Program-made: the position numbers and the translations under genes
From: Acidobacteriota bacterium
GTDB taxonomy: Bacteria; Acidobacteriota; Polarisedimenticolia; Polarisedimenticolales; DASRJG01
Reading direction: 5' to 3'
DNA: 58,727 nt
Assembly: GCA_031393555.1 (NCBI GenBank)
Contig: JANMVW010000334.1
Coordinates: 1-58,727 of the forward strand
Notes under the pieces: model-generated
Told to the model about the DNA's origin: nothing
What the model saw: only the letters and a program-made list of their open reading frames with translations
The model's database searches: none
In this document: in pieces, positions 49,311 to 57,150 of the stretch
How the letters are laid out: every line of letters begins with the position of its first letter
Position numbering within the stretch: the stretch's first letter is position 1

Positions 49311-51685
49311 CCTGGGGATTGCCGCCCCCGACCATGGAACAACTTGTTCCACCATCGTTTGAACGCGCTCTGGTGTAACTGGCATGGGCCAGGTTCCGTC
49401 CCTGCAGCGAAGACCTCCTCGACACGTTGGGGGCAACTCGGCACCGCCAACTCGCCACTTTCCGGATCGACCTCGACGCGGAGAATTCCCGGCGGCTCCG
49501 GGAAGGTCGATCCCGCCCAACGATGCTGCGCGTGCATCATGAGATCGACCCAGATCGGTAGGGCCCCGGCGGCTCCGGTCAAACCGGTCTTCGCGTTGTC
49601 GTCGTATCCCACCCAGACGAGCGCCAGAATCTCAGGAGTAAAGCCGACGAACCATGCATCGCGGGTATCGTCAGTTGTTCCTGTTTTCCCAGCCGCGTCC
49701 CCTCGAAACCCCAAGGCGTAGGCCGACGCCGCCGTGCCGCGGGTCAAGACACCGCGCAAAACATCAACAACGAGATAAGCAGCAGCCGGGGCCACGGCCT
49801 CGCGCGCTTCTCGAACTCGCTGGTCGAGTTTTCTGCCGTCGCGAACCTCGACGTCCTCGAGGATGCGCGCAGGCACGTGGATACCGAGCGTTGCGAGCGT
49901 CCCAAACGCGCTCGCGAGTTCAAAAGGAGAAACCTCTTGGGCGCCCAAGGCGAGCGACGGCAACGGCAGGAAGCGTTCCGTGAAGCCACAAGCCTTGGCA
50001 GTTTCTATGACTCGGGTGATTCCGACAGCCTGCGCGGCGCGCGCCGTGGGAACATTGCGCGACTCCTCGAGGGCCGCGCGGGCGGAAAGCGACCCCTGAA
50101 AGGTCCCGTCGTAGTTAGCGGGGCGCCACGTCCGGCCTCCGCTGACGACCTCGAACGGGCTGTCCTCGAGCATCGATGCCGGAGTCAGCCCACCGGCTTT
50201 TCCGGACATCGCCGCCTGGAAGGCCGCGAGGTAGACGAACGGCTTGAAACACGAACCCGGCTGGCGCCGGGCCTGGGTCACGCGATTGAACTGGCTGTCC
50301 TGGTAGTCGCGCCCACCCACCAGCGCCAGAATCGCGCCGGTGCGGGGATCGGTCACGATGACGCATCCCTGTAGTCGGTGATGGCCTTTCTGCCGACGGA
50401 CGAGCGGAACGTCCGCATCGAGTCGGGCGAGTCCACGCTCAAGCGCCAATTCGGCGCTCGCTTGGACGAGCGTGTCGATGGTCGTATAGACCTCGAGCCC
50501 GTTCTCGGCCACGACCTGATCGGAGTACAAATCCGCGAGCTGCGCTCGCACGAAGTCGACGACATAAGGCGCTTGCGCGTAACCCGCGCCACCGCTGGCA
50601 ACCCGCAGGGACTCGGATTTCGCCCGAACCACTGCCGCCTTGTCCGCGAATCCGAGCTCGAGCATCGCATCCAGCACGGCGTTGCGCCGCTCCACCGCCC
50701 GGTCGGCGTGCGTGAACGGATTGTATCCTCCGGGATTCCGGATGAGACCGGCAAGGGTCGCCGCCTCTGAGAGAGACAAGTCGGAGACATTGCGCCCGAA
50801 GAAGTAGCGTGACGCCGCCTGGACGCCGCAGATCGAAACCGGTCCTCGTTGTCCGAGATACACCGCGTTCAAATACACCTCGAGGATGCGGTCTTTCGAA
50901 TAGCGGGAATCGAGAATCACCGACATTAACGATTCGCGGATCTTGCGCCACCAAGTCCGCTCTTGGCTGAGAAAAAGATTCTTCACCGTCTGCTGCGTGA
51001 CCGTGCTCCCGCCTTGAACGATGCGCCCGCTCTTCACGTTCGTGAACGCCGCCCGCAGCACGGCCAGCGGGTCGATTCCCGCATGTCGATAAAACCGCGC
51101 GTCCTCCGCAGCGAGCACGGCGTTGACGAGAACCTTCGGCACCTCGGTGAGCGGGGTGACCATCCGCTCCTCCTGCTGCCTTCCAAAAACCAGCGACAGA
51201 AGTTCGGGCTCGAGATCGATCGAGGGGACAGGGCGCCCTCGTTCGTCGCGAATCGACGTGATCGAATCGCGTTCGAAGTTCAGCACGACACGTCGCGGCG
51301 CCACGGGGCGCTTGCCTCCCGTGAAACCCCTAGCGAACAGTTCGACGGCGGAGGGTCGCGTCCGGTACTGGCCGGGAGAATACGGCGACGTTTCAACCCG
51401 CGCGTATCCGGATCGTTCGAGGCGAGAAACGAGCGCATCGGAGCCCACCGCCCGACCTGGCGCAAGCCGGAGAGGCGCCGAGTACACACGCGTAGGAAGC
51501 GTCCACAGACGGCCTTCGAAGGTCAGCGTGATCTGAGTGTAGACCGTCAGCAGGAGGATCAACGCCGCGACCACGAGCGGAATCGCCAGTCCGAACATCC
51601 AGGACCGCCAGCGTCCGCCGGGTCTAGTGCGCCGACCTAGAGAACCCTTCCCGGGAGCAGACGCAACCCTGCGCAGTGCGGTCAT
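49307..51685 (-). CDS. mrcA: class A penicillin-binding protein (PBP1A-type transglycosylase/transpeptidase)
   Basis: N-terminal TM segment. GT51 motifs: [31 protein letters not shown]. Transpeptidase motifs: SCFKP, SRN, KTGTT. Confidence 0.93.
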   Translation of the reverse strand: MTALRRVASAPGKGSLGRRTRPGGRWRSWMFGLAIPLVVAALILLLTVYTQITLTFEGRLWTLPTRVYSAPLRLAPGRAVGSDALVSRLERSGYARVETSPYSPGQYRTRPSAVELFARGFTGGKRPVAPRRVVLNFERDSITSIRDERGRPVPSIDLEPELLSLVFGRQQEERMVTPLTEVPKVLVNAVLAAEDARFYRHAGIDPLAVLRAAFTNVKSGRIVQGGSTVTQQTVKNLFLSQERTWWRKIRESLMSVILDSRYSKDRILEVYLNAVYLGQRGPVSICGVQAASRYFFGRNVSDLSLSEAATLAGLIRNPGGYNPFTHADRAVERRNAVLDAMLELGFADKAAVVRAKSESLRVASGGAGYAQAPYVVDFVRAQLADLYSDQVVAENGLEVYTTIDTLVQASAELALERGLARLDADVPLVRRQKGHHRLQGCVIVTDPRTGAILALVGGRDYQDSQFNRVTQARRQPGSCFKPFVYLAAFQAAMSGKAGGLTPASMLEDSPFEVVSGGRTWRPANYDGTFQGSLSARAALEESRNVPTARAAQAVGITRVIETAKACGFTERFLPLPSLALGAQEVSPFELASAFGTLATLGIHVPARILEDVEVRDGRKLDQRVREAREAVAPAAAYLVVDVLRGVLTRGTAASAYALGFRGDAAGKTGTTDDTRDAWFVGFTPEILALVWVGYDDNAKTGLTGAAGALPIWVDLMMHAQHRWAGSTFPEPPGILRVEVDPESGELAVPSCPQRVEEVFAAGTEPGPCQLHQSAFKRWWNKLFHGRGRQSPG

Positions 51686-51722
51686 GAGTGTTCGCGCGAT
51701 CGCCCGCTACCATGGGCGGGTT

Positions 51723-52016
51723 TCAGCCTTTTAGAGTTTCCTTCAGAGGCTTTCCGGCCTTGAATGCCGGGGCCCGCGTCGCAGGAATGTCGAGCGTCTC
51801 CCCCGTGTGGGGATTGCGTCCCGCGCGAGCCTTGCGCCCCCTGGCTTCGAAGGTCCCGAAGCCGCTGATCGCGATCTTCTCTCCCGCAACCAGCGACGCC
51901 GCGATCAGCCCGATCGCGGGGTCGGGGTCGAAGATGGCATCGATCGCCGCCCGGGCGTCGCGCGCAGATAGCCCTGTCCGTTCGATCAACTTGTCGGTGA
52001 GTTCGGCCTTGTTCAA
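51723..52016 (-). CDS. hup: HU-family DNA-binding protein
   Basis: NKAELTDKLIERTGLSARDARAAIDAIF...GFGTFEARGRKARAGRNPHTGETLDIPATRAPAFKAGKPLKE. I place the start at TTG 52016, which has GGAGG 5 nt upstream, so the track ORF N-terminus is trimmed. Confidence 0.88.
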   Translation of the reverse strand: MNKAELTDKLIERTGLSARDARAAIDAIFDPDPAIGLIAASLVAGEKIAISGFGTFEARGRKARAGRNPHTGETLDIPATRAPAFKAGKPLKETLKG

Positions 52017-52035
52017 CACGTCCTCCTTGCCGCTC

Positions 52036-52434
52036 TCATGGCACAAACCGCAGTTCTTTCAGCCCTTTACGTACGACGAAAATCTTCACGTTGTTGTCCC
52101 GCTCGTCGGAGGGGACGAAGAAGAACCCCGGAGCCGAAGGATCGTCTTCGGTAACCGCGCCCCACATGGTCTCGCCATCATGAAACGTAACGATCGCTCG
52201 CCGACCTTCAGTCGCGCGGCCGGGATCGAAATCACGCCGGGCGATGAAATCTCGATTCCCGAGATAGTCTTTGACCCAGAACATCGCTTTCATGTCGCTC
52301 AAGTGGACCCGAATCGGTACGCCGCCGCCCTCCCCTGGAAGGACGTGAAAGGCCTCCTGCTTCGGCGAAAAATCGTGGGTGACTCCCTTGTGCACGACTC
52401 CGCTTCGCATATTAACGACGATTTTCTGCTCCAT
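52036..52434 (-). CDS. hypothetical protein (132 aa) with an internal two-fold repeat
   Basis: ATG 52434 is preceded by GGAG. Two similar modules are present: IVVNMRSGVVHKGVTHDFSPKQEAFHVLP and IVTFHDGETMWGAVTEDDPSAPGFFFVP. I recognise no family. Confidence 0.55.
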   Translation of the reverse strand: MEQKIVVNMRSGVVHKGVTHDFSPKQEAFHVLPGEGGGVPIRVHLSDMKAMFWVKDYLGNRDFIARRDFDPGRATEGRRAIVTFHDGETMWGAVTEDDPSAPGFFFVPSDERDNNVKIFVVRKGLKELRFVP

Positions 52435-52581
52435 GCCGGTCTCCGTTGGGCGAGGACGAACGTCCCGCCACCGCCGAATCCTAACAGGTCGCCGGGAATA
52501 TCCGAAAGGGGCCAAAGCAAACGGCGTCGAGCCTTGACCCCCCGTGACTCCGGCCCCTATGTTCTGGGTGGAGGATTCCAC

Positions 52582-53079
52582 TTGCTCGAACCAGGAGCGG
52601 ATAACCCGATCTCCGCCAGACAAGTTCGGGGCGGCGGGCCCTTTGGTTGGCGACGCCGCCAGTTCGTGGTGGACGCCCGCTACCAACTCCGCTCAGGCAT
52701 GCTTGTTGGGGCGGTGGCGATCGTACTCCTCGTCCTGCTCAACGCCTCTCTTATCCTCCCGCAACGGGCGGCTTCGGCAACGGTGGCGACCGCCGTGGCA
52801 CCGGGACGGGCCCCGTTTGGGGCCCCAGATCGCTCGTCCTTTGCGCTTCTGCTCATGGGATCAGCCGTCTTTCTCGGTGGCGTGGTCGTCGTGGGCCTCC
52901 TGGAATCCCACCGGACCGCCGGCGCCGCATTTGCTATCCGGCGGGTCGTCGACGGAATTCGCGACGGCCAGTCGCAGGTCCGCGTGCAACTTCGTCGAGG
53001 CGACCACCTCCAGGATCTCGCGCGCTCGATCAACCAACTCGCCGAGACGATCGACATGGAACGATTGCGGCGCGGTTGA
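52582..53079 (+). CDS. small membrane protein: two TM segments + HAMP-like domain, no output domain
   Basis: TTG 52582 has GGAGGA 6 nt upstream. TM1 is LVGAVAIVLLVLLNASLIL and TM2 is ALLLMGSAVFLGGVVVVGLL. A HAMP-like segment follows (AFAIRRVVDGIRDGQSQVRVQLRRGDHLQDLARSINQLAETI). Only the C-terminal third of the 463-aa track ORF is credible. Confidence 0.55.
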   Translation: MLEPGADNPISARQVRGGGPFGWRRRQFVVDARYQLRSGMLVGAVAIVLLVLLNASLILPQRAASATVATAVAPGRAPFGAPDRSSFALLLMGSAVFLGGVVVVGLLESHRTAGAAFAIRRVVDGIRDGQSQVRVQLRRGDHLQDLARSINQLAETIDMERLRRG

Positions 53080-53087
53080 GCGTCAAG

Positions 53088-53771
53088 TCAAGGTTTTCGC
53101 TCCCTGTCCTCGACCCCGGCCTCGCGAAATCCGCGCGCGCGGATCTGACATGCGTCGCAGGCGCCGCACGGTGCCCCTGACAACCCGGGGTCGTAACACG
53201 AGATCGTCGCCGAGTACGGTACCCCCCAAGCCACGGCGCGGAGAACAATCTCGGCTTTCGAGAGTTCGAGGAGAGGGGCGTGGATGCGCCAGGCCTCGCC
53301 GTCAAGTCCGGTCTTTGTGGCGCAGCCGGCGAGCGACTCGAAGGCGCGGAGGAAGGCCGGGCGACAGTCGGGATACCCGCTGTAGTCCACCGCGTTGACT
53401 CCGATCACCAGGTCGCTCGCCCCGAGCGACTCGCTCCAGGCCAGAGCCAGTGCGAGCAGCACGGTATTGCGGGCCGGCACATAGGTCGTTGGGACGCCCG
53501 CTCCTATGTCAACGGGACTGCGGGTTTTGGGAACGGACACGCTCCGATCGGTCAATGCGGACCCGGCGAGGAACGACAAATCGACAGCGACGACACGATG
53601 CGAGGTCGCGCCGAGGTCTCGCGCCACCAGGGCGGCACGCTCGATTTCTATCGCGTGACGCTGGCCATAGTCCACTGTAAGCGCGTGGGCCGAATACCCC
53701 TCTCGAAGCGCCCAAGCGAGGCACGTCGCGGAGTCGAGCCCGCCCGACAAGAGCACGACTGCGGAACGCAT
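53088..53771 (-). CDS. queC: 7-cyano-7-deazaguanine synthase
   Basis: 227 aa from ATG 53771. Motifs: AVVLLSGGLDSATC, DYGQRH, and the C-terminal zinc cluster SCYDP...CGACDAC. Confidence 0.93.
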   Translation of the reverse strand: MRSAVVLLSGGLDSATCLAWALREGYSAHALTVDYGQRHAIEIERAALVARDLGATSHRVVAVDLSFLAGSALTDRSVSVPKTRSPVDIGAGVPTTYVPARNTVLLALALAWSESLGASDLVIGVNAVDYSGYPDCRPAFLRAFESLAGCATKTGLDGEAWRIHAPLLELSKAEIVLRAVAWGVPYSATISCYDPGLSGAPCGACDACQIRARGFREAGVEDRERKP

Positions 53772-54409
53772 CACACGCCACGCACCGCCGCAGGCCAGAG
53801 AATCTTGTGGATCTGAATCTGGAGCCGAACGTCGAGACCGTCGTCGAGGACCCAGCGCGCCAACTCGGCGGCCGGCAAGAGATCGTGGACCGCGGAAAAC
53901 AGCACCGTAGACCTCTCGTGCAGCGCGCGTGCGCGTAATACTGCGGCCGCCCAGTCGTAGTCCGCGCGAGTCGCGATCACGAACTTCAACTCGTCCCCCG
54001 GCCGCAGAGCATCGAGGTTCTCCCATCGGTTTCGTTCGCTCTCCCCGCTCCCCGGACATTTGACGTCGACGATGCGGCGTACGCCTTCCGGCACGTGCTC
54101 GATCGGTAAACTGCCTCCAGTTTCGAGCAACACCTCGTGACCGCACACGAGCAGCGCGCGCATCAGTTCGATCGCATCAGATTGCAGGAGGGGCTCGCCT
54201 CCGGTCACTTCAACCAAAGTGCAGTCGAAGACCCTCACGCGCTCGACGACTTCCTCGACCGTCATAGCGACCCCCTCGTGGAACGCATAGGCCGTGTCGC
54301 ACCAGTCGCAACGGAGATTGCAACCGGTCAGGCGGACAAAGACACACGGGCGGCCAACATGAGTGGATTCTCCCTGGATCGAGTGGAAAATCTCATTGAT
54401 TCGGAGCAC
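53771..54409 (-). CDS. queE: 7-carboxy-7-deazaguanine synthase (radical SAM)
   Basis: The sequence (M)LRINEIFHSIQGESTHVGRPCVFVRLTGCNLRCDWCDT contains the CxxxCxxC-type radical SAM cluster. GTG start at 54409. The stop overlaps the queC ATG by 1 nt. Confidence 0.92.
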   Translation of the reverse strand: MLRINEIFHSIQGESTHVGRPCVFVRLTGCNLRCDWCDTAYAFHEGVAMTVEEVVERVRVFDCTLVEVTGGEPLLQSDAIELMRALLVCGHEVLLETGGSLPIEHVPEGVRRIVDVKCPGSGESERNRWENLDALRPGDELKFVIATRADYDWAAAVLRARALHERSTVLFSAVHDLLPAAELARWVLDDGLDVRLQIQIHKILWPAAVRGV

Positions 54410-54560
54410 AGCGGCATTCTAGCGGACGGGCCTCCCGCCGGGCCCCTTGCGTCCGTCCCATCGGGAACCCACATTGCACCGCGGACGAGGCGCCGCAGTT
54501 CGGCGTGCCGTAGCCGCCGGAAGGGAGTCCGCACATGTTTTGGGGGGCCTCTTGCAGCCA

Positions 54561-55856
54561 ATGAGCGCACTCGCACCGGTCCTGGCCGGGGTCTTGGGTG
54601 TCGCCTTCGGGACCCTCCTCGGCCGCATCGGGCGATCTCGCCTGACTGGAGAGCTGAGCCGCTTGGAAGGAGAGGTTGCGCGGCTGGAAAGCCAGTCCCG
54701 TGACCAATCGCGACAGGTCGCCAAGCTCCGGGGCGAGCAACGAGCTCTGTCGAGCTTTACACGCCTACTGCCGTCCCTCGCCCGCGAACTCAACCGCTCC
54801 GATCTCGATGAACGCCAGATTCCGAGGCTCGTCTTCGCGCTCGTGGATTCGATCTTCGAACCCGAGCAAAAACTGCTTTACCTCGCGCAGGGGAACGGGA
54901 CTCGTGGCGAACGGGGTCAGGTTCTCCATCTCGTCGAACGCTCGGGCATCACGGACATCCCTGCCGCAGCCACAAAGATCACGGTCGGGGAAGGGAAGAT
55001 TGGGTGGGTCGCTAGCGCCAAGGTCGAGATGCTCGCCGAGGATTGGCTGAACATGACTCGCACAGAGGGGCGGGCGATTGCGGACAACCATCCGTCATTG
55101 CGGCTCGACCTGATCGGGCCGCTCCTCCATCACGACGACGGGAAGGACCGGCTGCTCGGCGTTTTGTGCATAGGCAACCCCGTTTCGCGCCCCCGTGACG
55201 AGAAGGCCATGTTGCAAATGGTGACGAATCTGGCCTCTATCGCCTACACAAATTCCCGGAACCTTAGGCAACTCAGCGATCTCGCCAACCACGATGGCCT
55301 CACTGCACTTCTCAACAAGCGCTATTTCATGGGCCATCGATTGGGGCTGCTGATCAACGACGCGGAGCGCGAGGCCGCGGCCCTGTCGGTGTTCATCTTC
55401 GACATCGATTACTTCAAGAAGTACAACGATACGAACGGTCACCTCGCCGGAGACGAGATCTTGAAAGGCGTCTCTCAGGTGCTTCGCGACAATCTGAGGC
55501 CTGGAGACATGGCTTGCCGTTACGGCGGTGAGGAGTTCATCGTGGCCATGCCGGGAGCCCGCGGGCCCGAAGGATTCGCGGCGGCTGAGCGCATTCGAGC
55601 CGCGATCGAGTCGACGAAGTTTCCTCGGGCCGAATCGCAGCCCGGCGGGCGGATCACGATCAGCGGCGGCGTCGCTCAATTTCCAATAGACGGCACCATT
55701 GGAAACGACCTGATCCTCCACGCCGACCAGGCGCTCTACCAGGCGAAGGCCGCCGGAAGAAACCGGACGGTGCAGTTCAAGGGTGTCAACATCGGTGACG
55801 ATAGTGTGAGCGAGCCAGCGGTGGTCCCGCACGCCGACAGCTTGGGTGAAAGATGA
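54561..55856 (+). CDS. diguanylate cyclase (TM/coiled-coil + GAF-like + GGDEF)
   Basis: ATG 54561 (MSALAPVLAGVLGVAFGTLLG, a TM segment). The GGDEF domain carries the active-site RYGGEEF and an I-site-like RPGD upstream. Confidence 0.88.
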   Translation: MSALAPVLAGVLGVAFGTLLGRIGRSRLTGELSRLEGEVARLESQSRDQSRQVAKLRGEQRALSSFTRLLPSLARELNRSDLDERQIPRLVFALVDSIFEPEQKLLYLAQGNGTRGERGQVLHLVERSGITDIPAAATKITVGEGKIGWVASAKVEMLAEDWLNMTRTEGRAIADNHPSLRLDLIGPLLHHDDGKDRLLGVLCIGNPVSRPRDEKAMLQMVTNLASIAYTNSRNLRQLSDLANHDGLTALLNKRYFMGHRLGLLINDAEREAAALSVFIFDIDYFKKYNDTNGHLAGDEILKGVSQVLRDNLRPGDMACRYGGEEFIVAMPGARGPEGFAAAERIRAAIESTKFPRAESQPGGRITISGGVAQFPIDGTIGNDLILHADQALYQAKAAGRNRTVQFKGVNIGDDSVSEPAVVPHADSLGER

Positions 55857-55936
55857 CGCGCTGAGCGTTCTCCGAGTGGCCTTGGTGCCCACCAGTGCAT
55901 GTGTCAACGGGCCCCGTTGCGTGTTAGGCTTCGGCA

Positions 55937-56281
55937 ATGCTGGCTCGTGCCGCCCCCCCTTCCCCGCGCGGGACGTTTCGCGCCACGATCACCGGGGTCG
56001 GACGACCGGGACCTATAGAGGAGAGACTCGGGCGGCGCCTGGTGAGAATCGTTGACCCGGGATCGAGAGAGGGTGCGACGCTCCTCCGCGAACACCAGGT
56101 AACATTTATCGGACCCGAAGGCACGGCGCTCGGACGACTTGACCTGAATCAGGCCCGAAGGTTGCTGCGGCTTCGCCTCGAAAGCGTCCTGTCGGTTGTC
56201 CGCGGGGACGAGGGTGCTGAAGCGATTCGCGACGGTCTCGTTCGGCTGCGTCGAGCGCGTGCGGGGAGCGGTCGCGCCTAG
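55937..56281 (+). CDS. hypothetical protein (114 aa), doubtful
   Basis: This is the only ORF with plausible composition in the 421-nt gap after the cyclase gene. It has no clear SD and only moderate third-position GC by eye. Its stop overlaps the convergent gene stop at CTAG. Confidence 0.25.
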   Translation: MLARAAPPSPRGTFRATITGVGRPGPIEERLGRRLVRIVDPGSREGATLLREHQVTFIGPEGTALGRLDLNQARRLLRLRLESVLSVVRGDEGAEAIRDGLVRLRRARAGSGRA

Positions 56282-56757
56282 TCTAGCCCAGTCTTGAGGG
56301 CTTTCTTGATCGCCTCCACGATGAAATTTTGCATCGACGGAGTCTGACTCCTGACGGCGGAATAAACCAGGCACGGTAACTTGAGGGAGATCTGAACACC
56401 GTTCTCGTCAAGCGTCTCGAGCCAGCGCTCGAACTCGCTCCACGATCTGAAGGACTGCGCCTCGATTGCCCCCTTGCGGTAAAGCTCGACAAGTAGGATC
56501 TCATCCTTCAGCTTGAAGAGGACGTCGGCCTCGCTGTACTCGGAGAAATCGCTGTAGGCGAAGAACTTCACTTCGCCGGCTGTCTGGTCCTTCCCCTTGA
56601 TCGACAACTCCGGCGTTTTGTTGCACCGGAGCATGATGTAGTCCTCTTTACCCTTAAAGTGGAACGCGAGTATGGGATCAGTGCGCGGAGAGTTGTCGGT
56701 CGGTGTCTTGAGAGCCCGGTAAACCCGTCGCGCAACGTCTTCATTCGATCTATACAT
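56278..56757 (-). CDS. hypothetical protein (159 aa), compositionally atypical orphan
   Basis: ATG start. The product is rich in Lys, Glu, Phe and Tyr (MYRSNEDVARRVYRALKTPTDNSP...KFFAYSDFSEYSEADVLFKLKDEILLVELYRKG). GC is visibly lower than in neighbouring genes. I recognise no family. Confidence 0.55.
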   Translation of the reverse strand: MYRSNEDVARRVYRALKTPTDNSPRTDPILAFHFKGKEDYIMLRCNKTPELSIKGKDQTAGEVKFFAYSDFSEYSEADVLFKLKDEILLVELYRKGAIEAQSFRSWSEFERWLETLDENGVQISLKLPCLVYSAVRSQTPSMQNFIVEAIKKALKTGLD

Positions 56758-57150
56758 CCAGACGCTCCTACACCATTCGGATTCCAGTAGGCGAATAGGT
56801 CAAGTGTACGGCGAGGCATAGAGAACCTCAACGGACATTTCCTGAGATCTCTCATTGACTTGGCGGAGCTTTGGATCTCACCGTGAGACCCAAGTATCTG
56901 TGGCACTTGCGTGGGGAAAAGGGGCACCGATCGTGACTTTTGAATCGGAGACGAGTGATGACAGTCTCATTTTAAGATGATCAGCGATGGCCTTGTGACC
57001 GATCTTCCGGCACTCCAATATCGATTTAAATATCAGCAAATAAATAACTTACCTATGCCGATCCCGAGTCGCGAGACTGAACGGCCCACGGGTTGCTCCT
57101 GGTATGGCCGGAACGCGCAAGGGGCGCGAGCCACTCAGGGGGATGAAACG

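Noticed and set aside
54410-54470. A preQ1 riboswitch or leaderless promoter upstream of queE. TAGAAT lies 6 nt before the GTG start.
   Set aside because: There is no A-rich tail or preQ1-type pseudoknot sequence. TAGAAT lacks any -35 or TG extension, and GTG-initiated leaderless mRNAs are poor substrates. I noted it, but the evidence is insufficient without TSS data.
56900-56916. A sigma-54 promoter-like TGGCAC motif upstream of the S8 protease.
   Set aside because: TGGCAC is followed immediately by TTGCG and then TGGGG. The required GG-N10-GC spacing (TGGCAC-N5-TTGC) is not met.
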